Shown in pieces: positions 41,853 to 50,944 of a stretch of DNA of 58,872 nucleotides. The notes beneath the pieces are model-generated. The model worked only from the letters and a program-made list of their open reading frames with translations. It was not told the DNA's origin and did no database searches. Each line of letters starts with the position of its first letter. Position 1 is the stretch's first letter. Position numbers and translations under genes: made by a program. Location: NCBI GenBank assembly GCA_964390665.1, contig CAYMLS010000001.1:1-58872 (forward strand). Direction: 5' to 3'. The DNA comes from an uncultured Bacteroidales bacterium. Lineage in GTDB: Bacteria > Bacteroidota > Bacteroidia > Bacteroidales > UBA7960.

Positions 41853-44684
41853 ATGGATCCAATACAATCAATAGATCAACTAAGCTCCCGTGACTATATC
41901 CTTATTAAAGGTGCAAAGGTACACAATCTGAAATCAGTGGATGTTGCCCTGATGCGCAAGAAACTGGTAGTGATCACAGGATTATCAGGTTCCGGAAAAT
42001 CCTCATTGGCCTTTGACACATTATACTCCGAAGGACAACGGAGGTATGTGGAAAGTCTGAGTTCTTACGCCCGTCAGTTTTTGGGACGCATGAACAAGCC
42101 CGAGGTGGATTACATAAAAGGGATATCGCCGGCTATTGCCATTGAGCAAAAGGTAAATACACGAAACCCCAGATCAACAGTTGGGACAACCACCGAGGTT
42201 TATGATTATCTGAAATTACTTTTTGCCAGAATCGGGAAAACCTTTTCTCCCGTATCCGGCAACCTTGTTAAAAGACACAGCATTACCGATGTTGTGGACT
42301 TTATCAGTGATCTTCCCGAGGGTACCGGGGTTTTAATTTATGCCCCATTACCCCTCAGTACAGAGAGAGAACTTTCACAAACTCTCGGTGTTTTGCTTCA
42401 GCAAGGATTTTCAAGGATATTGCTCAACGGAAAAGTAGAAAGAATAGAACAGGTGATGAAACTAAACACCGAACTTTCTTTTCAAAGCCCGCCCGGCATA
42501 GTGATAGACCGGTTGATGGTTGACAGCAATGATGAAGATCAGCAAACACGAATTGCAGATTCCGCCCAAACTGCCTTTTATGAAGGTCATGGGGAATGCT
42601 TTGCGGAATATAGCATTGACGGGGAAAAGAAGATTCAACATTTCTCCAACAAATTTGAGATGGATGGTCTTACATTCGAAGAACCGTCTGTAAATCTTTT
42701 TGCTTTCAATAACCCCTTTGGTGCATGCCGCAAATGTGAAGGATTTGGAAGTGTTATCGGCATTGATGAAGACCTGGTGATGCCCAACAAAAGTTTATCG
42801 GTTTACGAAGACGCCATTGTTTGCTGGAAGGGAGAAAAAATGAGTGAATGGAAAGAGCAATTGGTGAGAAACGCTTATAAATTTGATTTCCCCATTCACA
42901 AACCTGTTTACGATCTCACACAAAAACAGAAAGAATTACTATGGACCGGCAACAAGTATTTTGGAGGGTTAAGTGACTTTTTCAAAATGCTCGAAGAGAA
43001 TAACTATAAGATACAATACCGGGTAATGCTTTCCAGATACCGGGGCAAAACCATCTGTCCGGAATGCAAAGGTACCCGGTTGCGAAAAGATGCCAATTAT
43101 GTGAAAGTCAATAAAAAAAGCATTACCGATCTTGTTTTGATGCCTCTTGATCAGTTATTTGCTTTTTTTGATAAAATCAATCTTGATGCGCATGATTTGG
43201 GCGTTGCCAAAAGGTTGCTACAGGAAATCCAAAACCGTTTGGAGTACCTGAATGACGTGGGTTTGGGCTATCTTACCCTGAACCGTTTATCATCCACACT
43301 CTCAGGTGGTGAATCGCAAAGGATCAACCTTGCCACGTCTCTTGGCAGCAGTCTGGTGGGTTCATTGTACATTCTCGACGAGCCCAGTATCGGGCTTCAC
43401 CAGCGCGATACCTATCGCCTGATCAGGGTGCTGACCAGGTTGAGAGATCTTGGAAATACGGTAATTGTAGTGGAACATGATGAAGACATCATGCGACAGG
43501 CAGATCAGATTATTGACATTGGCCCAAAAGCGGGCGCTTTGGGGGGAGAAGTGGTTTTTCAGGGAAGTTTTGAGGACTTGCTCAAATCCCCGGAGAGCTT
43601 TACAGCAAAATACCTCACAGGAAAACTCAACATCCCCATACCCGCCCAAAGGAGAAAATGGAAAGAATTTATAGAATTGCAAGGCGTTAGACAACATAAC
43701 CTGAAAGGATTTAACGTAAAAATACCTTTGGGTATTATGACCGTGATAAGTGGCGTAAGTGGTTCAGGAAAAACATCGCTGATCAAAGGGATCTTATATC
43801 CTGCCCTAAAAAAAATGTATGGCGGATATGGTGAAAAAACAGGAAAATTCGACAAGATCGCTGGCGATTACAGGTCGTTGAGTGAAGTTGAATTCATTGA
43901 TCAGAATCCCATCGGACGTTCATCGCGTTCCAATCCGGTGACCTATATCAAGGCTTACGATGAGATCAGAAATCTTTATGCACAAAATAGTTTATCCAAA
44001 GCCAGGGGATATAGCCCGGGATTTTTCAGTTTTAATATTGATGGGGGCAGATGCCCCGAATGTGAGGGAGAAGGAGAGGTTCGTATAGAGATGCAGTTTA
44101 TGGCCGATATCAAGCTTGTTTGCGAAAGTTGCAACGGAACACGATTTAAAGAAGAGATACTGGATGTAAAATTTCAGGGTAAATCCATCAATCAAATCCT
44201 GGATCTTACAGTTGACGAAGCCATTGCTTTTTTCGGATCGTCTGCCGAATCTTCTGCGCCTGCCAGGCGCATAACAGCCCGGTTAAAACCACTACAGGAT
44301 GTTGGGCTTGGTTACATTAAACTGGGGCAATCTTCAAGTACATTGTCGGGTGGCGAGGCACAAAGGATCAAACTGGCATCTTTTCTTACCAAGGGGATCA
44401 GCGAAAACAAAACGCTGTTTATCTTTGATGAACCTACTACAGGTTTACATTTCCACGACATTCATGTTTTGCTAAAAGCTTTTGAGGCATTGATCGATAA
44501 CGGTCACAGCATCCTTATCATTGAGCATAATCCTGACATCATCAAATCTGCAGACTGGATCATAGATCTGGGGCCAGAAGGAGGTGAAATGGGAGGCAAC
44601 CTGGTTTTTGAGGGTACCCCTGAAGATCTGATAAAAAGCCAACAATCTTACACAGGAAAATTCCTGAAAGAAAAGTTTCAATAG
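41853..44684 (+). CDS. uvrA: Excinuclease ABC subunit A
   Basis: 943 aa with two ABC ATPase modules (GLSGSGKSSLAF, GVSGSGKTSLI), LSGGE signatures and zinc-finger Cys clusters. Confidence 0.95.
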   Translation: MDPIQSIDQLSSRDYILIKGAKVHNLKSVDVALMRKKLVVITGLSGSGKSSLAFDTLYSEGQRRYVESLSSYARQFLGRMNKPEVDYIKGISPAIAIEQKVNTRNPRSTVGTTTEVYDYLKLLFARIGKTFSPVSGNLVKRHSITDVVDFISDLPEGTGVLIYAPLPLSTERELSQTLGVLLQQGFSRILLNGKVERIEQVMKLNTELSFQSPPGIVIDRLMVDSNDEDQQTRIADSAQTAFYEGHGECFAEYSIDGEKKIQHFSNKFEMDGLTFEEPSVNLFAFNNPFGACRKCEGFGSVIGIDEDLVMPNKSLSVYEDAIVCWKGEKMSEWKEQLVRNAYKFDFPIHKPVYDLTQKQKELLWTGNKYFGGLSDFFKMLEENNYKIQYRVMLSRYRGKTICPECKGTRLRKDANYVKVNKKSITDLVLMPLDQLFAFFDKINLDAHDLGVAKRLLQEIQNRLEYLNDVGLGYLTLNRLSSTLSGGESQRINLATSLGSSLVGSLYILDEPSIGLHQRDTYRLIRVLTRLRDLGNTVIVVEHDEDIMRQADQIIDIGPKAGALGGEVVFQGSFEDLLKSPESFTAKYLTGKLNIPIPAQRRKWKEFIELQGVRQHNLKGFNVKIPLGIMTVISGVSGSGKTSLIKGILYPALKKMYGGYGEKTGKFDKIAGDYRSLSEVEFIDQNPIGRSSRSNPVTYIKAYDEIRNLYAQNSLSKARGYSPGFFSFNIDGGRCPECEGEGEVRIEMQFMADIKLVCESCNGTRFKEEILDVKFQGKSINQILDLTVDEAIAFFGSSAESSAPARRITARLKPLQDVGLGYIKLGQSSSTLSGGEAQRIKLASFLTKGISENKTLFIFDEPTTGLHFHDIHVLLKAFEALIDNGHSILIIEHNPDIIKSADWIIDLGPEGGEMGGNLVFEGTPEDLIKSQQSYTGKFLKEKFQ

Positions 44685-44713
44685 GCACAGCTTCGTTTTG
44701 CACAGAATGAATT

Positions 44714-44757
44714 AAAAAACCTGACCAACGCTAATGAATCGGTCAGGTTTTATTTTT
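44714..44757 (+). terminator. Intrinsic terminator of uvrA
   Basis: AACCTGACC-aacgctaatgaatc-GGTCAGGTT followed by TTATTTTT. Confidence 0.85.
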
Positions 44758-44953
44758 CCAACATGTAAAAATCAGATTTAATAGAAACCTGTATTATTTA
44801 GTGTCAGCAGGAAAACTCATGATTTGATCTGTGCCTAATAAAAAAGAGCGTCAAGTGCAAGGGGGTTGATGAGGGCAAAACAGGGGTTTGCTTTTTATAA
44901 GTGACTGTTTTGAAGGCGAACCCAACGCTGCAAGTGGCGTTTTCTTGCAAAGA

Positions 44954-45499
44954 CTATTTACTTTTTCTGTCGAAATATGGGTTCTTGGAAGTGGCACTTA
45001 AAGGAATACCCCAAATGATTTTGATAGATTTACTGAAAACCTCCATTTTCTCGGCGGCCAAACCTGCGGTATGCATCACCCTGTTATCGATACGATGATC
45101 AGAAGCAACGGCAACGGCAGAACCTACAGCAATACCCAAATCACCGGTATTATACACACAAGGCACCAAAGGGTGTTTTTCTTTGGTGGCACAATCAGCA
45201 AACCCGCACAAACTGCAAACTTTTAATCCAAGTGTTTTGATGGCAGTACCTATCAATACAACAGCATCTGCATTGGCGAGAATATTATCGGCATCCCTGA
45301 TAAAAATATCGTATTCTTTTTGTTCTCCGATTTTTCTCATTTCAATGGCCAGAAGTCTTATATCGTTGTCGGTAAGAATTGCCATTTCCATATTGTCGGC
45401 ACCTTTGCCTTTGGGAGCAGTGCGTGCAGCAACGAGCATTTTTTTTGCCACGTCTGTAACGGTGTTTTTACGTTCATCTATTTCATTAAAAATTGCCAT
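44954..45499 (-). CDS. DUF2148-family protein (ferredoxin-like Cys cluster)
   Basis: Internal ATG at 45499 of track ORF 44954..45598. AARTAPKGKGADNMEMAIL, VVLIGT, CSLCGFADCATKE. Confidence 0.7.
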   Translation of the reverse strand: MAIFNEIDERKNTVTDVAKKMLVAARTAPKGKGADNMEMAILTDNDIRLLAIEMRKIGEQKEYDIFIRDADNILANADAVVLIGTAIKTLGLKVCSLCGFADCATKEKHPLVPCVYNTGDLGIAVGSAVAVASDHRIDNRVMHTAGLAAEKMEVFSKSIKIIWGIPLSATSKNPYFDRKSK

Positions 45500-45565
45500 A
45501 AGTTGGGGTATTAATAAAGGGTTAAAATATTGACAGCAAAAAAAATTGCCATTTGAGAGGTCTAA

Positions 45566-45610
45566 ATTAAAAAAAAACCTGCTTTGCAAATCAGCCAAGC
45601 AGGTTTTTTT
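45566..45610 (-). terminator. Intrinsic terminator after the DnaB-like gene
   Basis: On the minus strand AACCTGCTT-ggctgatttgca-AAGCAGGTT is followed by T9. Confidence 0.8.
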
Positions 45611-45638
45611 CCTTATTTAAAATGATTCTATATTTTAA

Positions 45639-46541
45639 TCAGAAGTCGGTAAATTTTGCGAGGCTTTCGATAAACCTTACCGGCACCACAACTTCTTCAT
45701 TACGATCCTGGTATTTACCAATAATTACATCCACAAGATTTTGCTGTTTATGATCACCTCCATTGGAAGGTTGTGCAAACAAATCAGTACGATGCAAAAA
45801 CATGACCACATCAGAAAGTTCTGCCAGAAAAACAGGAATGTTTTTCAGCGAGGGGCGTGGGGAATTTAATCCGTTAAAATTTCCTGGAATCTGTGAGAAA
45901 AGGACTACCGGAACATTCAGTTCGCGGGCAATATCCTTTATTTGATGTACAATAGTGCTGAGTTGTTCTTCGCGGCTGTCTGCCTCCAAAGAATGTGCGC
46001 CCAGCAATTCAAGGTAATCAATAATGATCAATTCAATGTTTTGATTGATTTTAAGCTGACGGGATTTTTTCATCAGCTCATCAGCAAAAATATTGGGGGT
46101 ATCATCTAAGTAAACATTTGACTTGGCAATATTACTCACCAATGATATCATGTGATCTTTTTCCCTGGGGTTTAATTTGCCATTTTTAAGTTTTGACAAA
46201 GACATACCTGTTTCACTTTCAATAAGGCGATTGGTAATTTTCGCACTCGACCTTTCGGGAGAAAAAATAGCGATGGAATGTTTGTTTTTAATGGCTATAT
46301 TATTTGCCAAAGAAAGCATAAAAGCTGTTTTTCCCATGCCAGCATTTACGCCTACAGTAATGAGTTCTCCTTTTTTTAAACCCGATATTACTTTATCAAT
46401 ATCGCGGAACCCGGATGAGAGTCCGTTAAAAACAGGATTTTCTCCAAAATTTTGTTGAAGTGTCTGGTTTACCATTTCCCTTAAACTGGTAAATTCAAAC
46501 ACTTCTGACCGCTCAGTGACTTCTAAGGTGTTTTGTTCCAT
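45639..46541 (-). CDS. DnaB C-terminal-domain-like (RecA-fold) ATPase lacking the DnaB N-terminal domain
   Basis: 300 aa. GLSSGFRDIDKVISGLKKGELITVGVNAGMGKTAFMLSLA (Walker A), LIIIDYLELL (Walker B), ARELNVPVVLFSQ. Confidence 0.75.
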   Translation of the reverse strand: MEQNTLEVTERSEVFEFTSLREMVNQTLQQNFGENPVFNGLSSGFRDIDKVISGLKKGELITVGVNAGMGKTAFMLSLANNIAIKNKHSIAIFSPERSSAKITNRLIESETGMSLSKLKNGKLNPREKDHMISLVSNIAKSNVYLDDTPNIFADELMKKSRQLKINQNIELIIIDYLELLGAHSLEADSREEQLSTIVHQIKDIARELNVPVVLFSQIPGNFNGLNSPRPSLKNIPVFLAELSDVVMFLHRTDLFAQPSNGGDHKQQNLVDVIIGKYQDRNEEVVVPVRFIESLAKFTDF

Positions 46542-47091
46542 AATGATAACTTTTTTAAATTGACATCCATGAAAAAATGCAATGCAAACGTTTTCCTGGA
46601 ATATCTTGTTTGAAAAATATATTTCTGGTTGCCTTTAAAAGGCCATAATTGTGATCATTTTCTGTGTTGTACAAAAATCAATGAGTGTTATCAGACTTTT
46701 CATTCTAACATCCAGCAAAATACCCTTTTGAGGGGGGAAGGGGAAGTTGTCCGTTTCCCCGTTTTGTATCATTAGTTGGTGGACACATAATATAAAAAAA
46801 TCCGACAAACAATGATTTACTGCATGTAAATTTATCATTAAAAATGATACCTTCAAATTTAGCAAAAAATCAACATGAAACCCAACGAAAAAGTGTTCTT
46901 AAGTCTTTTTTATGATTAATGATGTTTCAATTTTGTGCTTAACTGGAGCATTAAAGCATGTTTTAAAGAAATAAACAATGGTTTTATCTGTCTAAAATAA
47001 TGAGGGAAAAGGATGTAATAAAAAAAAGGAAATCCGGATTGATAAGATACTTGTAAAGCATGTGTAAAAACAACTTGCAGGTTACCTTTTA

Positions 47092-47478
47092 CTACTGATC
47101 ATTTACATCGATGGTACGGTAGGGCATATTTAGTTGCAAAACAAGACTTTTCCAGCTTTCAAATATATCTTCATCGTCCTCATCAAACATCCACACAACA
47201 TCAATATTTCCGTATGATTTATAATACTCATCAAACAATTCCAGAATATTGAAAATGTATTTAGAGGATGAAGTATTAAAATACTGCACATCAAAAACAA
47301 CCCTGATTGTCCCCGGTTTTTCAGATGCCAGAAAACCCTTTACCCATTCAACGGGTTCTTTAAAAAACTCCATGGCATTTGTGGGATAGGAATTTCCCTT
47401 AAACTCTATGAGATTTTGCTCTGGATCGAAATTAAGTCCAAACGTTGTTTTGGTGGCTTCTAAATAAAAAGGCTCCAT
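47092..47478 (-). CDS. DUF1987 / SiaC-family protein
   Basis: ATG at 47478 (the track starts at TTG 47484). FKGNSYPTNAMEFFKEPVEWV and VQYFNTSSSKYIFNILELF are typical of DUF1987. Confidence 0.7.
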   Translation of the reverse strand: MEPFYLEATKTTFGLNFDPEQNLIEFKGNSYPTNAMEFFKEPVEWVKGFLASEKPGTIRVVFDVQYFNTSSSKYIFNILELFDEYYKSYGNIDVVWMFDEDDEDIFESWKSLVLQLNMPYRTIDVNDQ

Positions 47479-47660
47479 AAGCAAAGGGTTCGTAATAAGC
47501 GTTGTGAAAGGTTTCTGGTTATACTCCAGAAATCATACTGCAAATTTACAAATAATCAATAAAATAATATTGGATAAAAACTGAAATACCCACACAAAAG
47601 ACGAATATCCATCCAGAGTGCAGATATTTTCAGATAGTACGTCAATTTTTTAGGGTATAA

Positions 47661-47817
47661 GGTTCATCTGTTTATCATTTGATTAAATCGGTTCTCGTTT
47701 TTTCAACGAGAGATCTCGCCAACATTCTGACTGCATGTTTTACCATGCCACGAAATATAATCATCCGTCCTCGGCGTGTGTGTCAATATTGGTTTCATGG
47801 TTCGGTTCATCATCATT
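47661..47817 (-). repeat. Conserved intergenic element, copy E (upstream of the DUF1987 gene)
   Basis: By eye it differs from copy A at only about six positions over the first ~90 nt. Flanked by GGTTCATC...ATCATT at both ends (47661-47679 and 47804-47817). Confidence 0.8.
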
Positions 47818-47945
47818 CAACCAATTTGCTTTTTGTAAAGTTAAATGAGTACACTCTAAAAAGTATATTGTCCACAAATTACACGAATGGACACTAATAT
47901 TAATGCCAGAAATTCCGACAATTAAAAACATAATATTTTCACGAA

Positions 47946-47979
47946 TTTCTCCGAAAACTTGTTTTCGGAGTGGACTCAT
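47946..47979. repeat. 35-nt hairpin repeat, copy 2
   Basis: TTTCTCCGAAAActtgTTTTCGGAGTGGACTCAT with a perfect 9-bp stem (47949-47957 / 47962-47970), about 130 nt from element E. Confidence 0.6.
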
Positions 47980-48446
47980 GAATGCTCTGAAATTACGACA
48001 ATGGAGATATAAAACCAATCATCACAAATAAAGGATTATATAGATTAGCAACAACTTAATTGTCAATAACATGATCGCAGTTGTGTTCTTCCATTTGAAA
48101 TAAAAATTTACAACTACATTACAGGTAATAAATGGGTACCTAACCAAATGGATTTCCAAACAGAAAATGTGATCTGCAATTTTGTTTACCAGACAGCATA
48201 AATCCTGCACAACATACTATAGGGGGTGAAGGTGTAAAACGTTCAATATAAACAGAAACAGACAATTTACCAACAGAATATGTTTAGATTGAAAAACCAA
48301 TGTTTAAACAAAACAAGGGATAAAACCAGGAAGGCATGAACCATTTAAATAAATTGTTGTTTGAGAATTAACCAGCCGAAATTACCTCATAACCGATAAC
48401 TGGTTCGTTTACAATTTAATTCAGAAACAACTCAACAGCAAAGATA

Positions 48447-49328
48447 ATGATCCGCTATTCTATCAATGACTTAGAAAAAATCACCGGGATAAAGGCCCAT
48501 ACCATTCGTATCTGGGAAAAAAGATACAATGTAGTAACACCCAGCAGAACGGATACCAACATCAGGTACTATAACGACGAAGACCTGAAAAAACTTCTTA
48601 ACATAAGCACTTTAAACAAACACGGGTTAAAGATCAGTGAGATAGTGAAAATGAGCCATGAAGATATGCGGGAAAAAATTCTTGAAATATCACATAGCTC
48701 CAATGACTATGAGAGCAGCATCAACAACCTGATCGTATCTATGATTGAAATGGATGAAGACAAATTTGAAAAAGTGCTTGGGTCTTCCATTATAAAAATT
48801 GGTTTTGAAAAAACCATTACACACATTATTTATCTTTTTCTTGAAAAAGTAGGTATTTTATGGCAGGTAGGAACCATCAATCCGGCACAGGAACATTTCA
48901 TCACCAACCTGATAAGGCAGAAACTGATCATTGCTATCGATGGACAAGAAAGTTCACCCAAACCAGATGCGAAGACTTTTCTTTTATTTTTACCTGAAAA
49001 AGAGTTACACGAACTGGGTCTGCTGTTTTATACCTACATCATTAAAAAAGCAGGGCACAGGGTAATTTACCTGGGACAATCTGTACCCCTGAAAGACGTC
49101 CTGGAAGTAATAAAAATAAGAAATGCAGATTATATGATCACTTATTTTGTAGCTGCACTTGATGCCGAGGATATCCCTGGTTATCTGAAAACCATATCGG
49201 AAGGCTTTGCACATAAAGATATATTTGTTGCCGGTTGTCAGGTACCCGAAGTACTTGAAAAGTTACCGCCAAACATTAAAACCTTGCAGGATGCAGAAGA
49301 ATTTAAATCCTACCTGAACAGAATATGA
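48447..49328 (+). CDS. MerR-family regulator with a C-terminal B12-binding domain (CarH/LitR-like)
   Basis: 293 aa. MerR HTH YSINDLEKITGIKAHTIRIWEKRY. C-terminal Rossmann-like LLFLPEKELHELGLLF carries an E-x-H-x-x-G cobalamin-ligand motif. Confidence 0.8.
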   Translation: MIRYSINDLEKITGIKAHTIRIWEKRYNVVTPSRTDTNIRYYNDEDLKKLLNISTLNKHGLKISEIVKMSHEDMREKILEISHSSNDYESSINNLIVSMIEMDEDKFEKVLGSSIIKIGFEKTITHIIYLFLEKVGILWQVGTINPAQEHFITNLIRQKLIIAIDGQESSPKPDAKTFLLFLPEKELHELGLLFYTYIIKKAGHRVIYLGQSVPLKDVLEVIKIRNADYMITYFVAALDAEDIPGYLKTISEGFAHKDIFVAGCQVPEVLEKLPPNIKTLQDAEEFKSYLNRI

Positions 49329-50190
49329 TGACCTCCTGAGGCATCCTATGCAGGAAAGGTCTTATCTTACTTCTTAAAGAAGATGACCATGCGCGAATAT
49401 CGCAGTACAATTCAGAATTAAAAACACTCGCCGCTTTTCTTTTCAGTACAGCACCATACACGTGTTTTATAGATCAGGAAACGACGCCCACCTACCTCTT
49501 CTTTCAGACAAATAAAAAGCAACAGGTTTTGCCAGTAAAATCATGTGAGGAGAAATTTGTAATTCCACTTCCCAACCTTTTCAATTATTTGACGATTTCC
49601 AGACATTATATCTGGTAAGAGAACCTTTCCTGCAGGCGAAAATATGCTACAAAAAATACCCATCATCTATGTGGAAAAAAATGCACACAAAGAAACAAAC
49701 CTTGTCTGCAACATCAAAAATTACTCAAATTCAGCACATTACAATGTCCGGAAATAAAATTTTCATTACGGTATACCATTTGACACCGTATATTGAACGA
49801 TCATTTTAGTTTGAATTTCAGCAAAGCAGGCGATATTAGTAAGTACAGCAGATTAGCAGGTGATTCAGAGCGATGAAATAAAACAAATAAGCATTTTGTT
49901 CTCATATATTATGTTAAATATGCACACAACATACGTTAACCATGTTAAATGACCGATTTTTAGCTGTACATTTAATTAACAAAATTGATTAAACAAGAAG
50001 AAACACGAAACAAATATGAAACAGGTATTCATTTTCTTAATTAAATCCCATAAACAACAGATATTACGCTATAAATCGATTTTTTTAAGAAACCTACCTT
50101 GTTAAATAAATACAAAATGGTTGACATTTAAAATTTTGTGTTTAACTTTGCCTTGAATTATTTAAACAGAAACCTTAAAACTCTATAGAT

Positions 50191-50691
50191 ATGACAGCAA
50201 TTGAATTCGATCACAAATTATTAGGATTACAGAAGAACCTTAAGTATTTCGCCTATACATTAACTTCAAACTATGAAGATGCTCAGGATCTTGTTCAGGA
50301 AACCTTTGTAAAAGCCCTGACAAACCGGGATAAATTTACAGCGGATACAAATCTGAAAGCATGGACGTTTACCATCATGAAAAATACGTTCATCAACAAT
50401 TACCGTCAGAATGTCAGAAACAATACCATTCTGGATAAAACAGACGACCTTTTCTACCTGAACCTATCCAAAGAGAGCAACATTGGTCTTCCCGACTCTT
50501 CTTACAGGGTGAAGGAAATCGAAAAAGAGATCAAAAAGGTAGACAAAGACCAGAGAAAACCCTTTGAAATGTATAACTCTGGTTACAAATACAAAGAAAT
50601 CGCCGACAAGCTCGACTTGTCGATCGGGACTGTAAAAAGCCGCATCTTTTTCACCCGCAAAAAACTTATGGAATCCATTAAAGAACGGTAA
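50191..50691 (+). CDS. ECF-type RNA polymerase sigma factor
   Basis: 166 aa. Region 2 (DAQDLVQETFVKAL...WTFTIMKNTFINNYR) and region 4 (YKYKEIADKLDLSIGTVKSRIFFTRKKL). Confidence 0.85.
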   Translation: MTAIEFDHKLLGLQKNLKYFAYTLTSNYEDAQDLVQETFVKALTNRDKFTADTNLKAWTFTIMKNTFINNYRQNVRNNTILDKTDDLFYLNLSKESNIGLPDSSYRVKEIEKEIKKVDKDQRKPFEMYNSGYKYKEIADKLDLSIGTVKSRIFFTRKKLMESIKER

Positions 50692-50726
50692 TAATTTCCC
50701 CCTATATATACTCCTGTTCTTTTCAT

Positions 50727-50756
50727 AACCCTGACTTTCCCGAGTCAGGGTTTTTT
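50727..50756 (+). terminator. Intrinsic terminator of the ECF sigma gene
   Basis: AACCCTGACT-ttcccg-AGTCAGGGTT followed by TTTT. Confidence 0.8.
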
Positions 50757-50944
50757 AATACCTTTGCTTTCAGGTGCAGGCATCCGCACCTGCATTTCTA
50801 ACAAACATCCCAAAAAAAATTCAACATCTAAAACGCGTCATACCAACATTTTGGTACATAGCTGTAAGATCATTTTTATGGGAGATAATATTTTTGACAA
50901 GCAAAAAGGGTTCTAACTAACTATTGAAATTCAATTTGGCACAC

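Noticed and set aside
46635-46865. 76-codon minus-strand ORF in the DUF1987/DnaB-like spacer
   Set aside because: AT-rich, with no recognisable motif or start context. Probably non-coding.
49775-49990. Possible eighth, oppositely oriented copy of the 140-nt element upstream of the plus-strand ECF sigma gene
   Set aside because: Only short scattered matches (TTTGACAC, GATCATTT, ACCGATTT, TTAAACAG-like) without collinear full-length similarity. It needs a profile search.
50757-50944. Possible lysine riboswitch or leader upstream of lysC
   Set aside because: Only a small hairpin (GGTGC/GCACC or GCAGG/CCTGC, about 50773-50797) is present, and none of the L-box conserved segments were recognisable.
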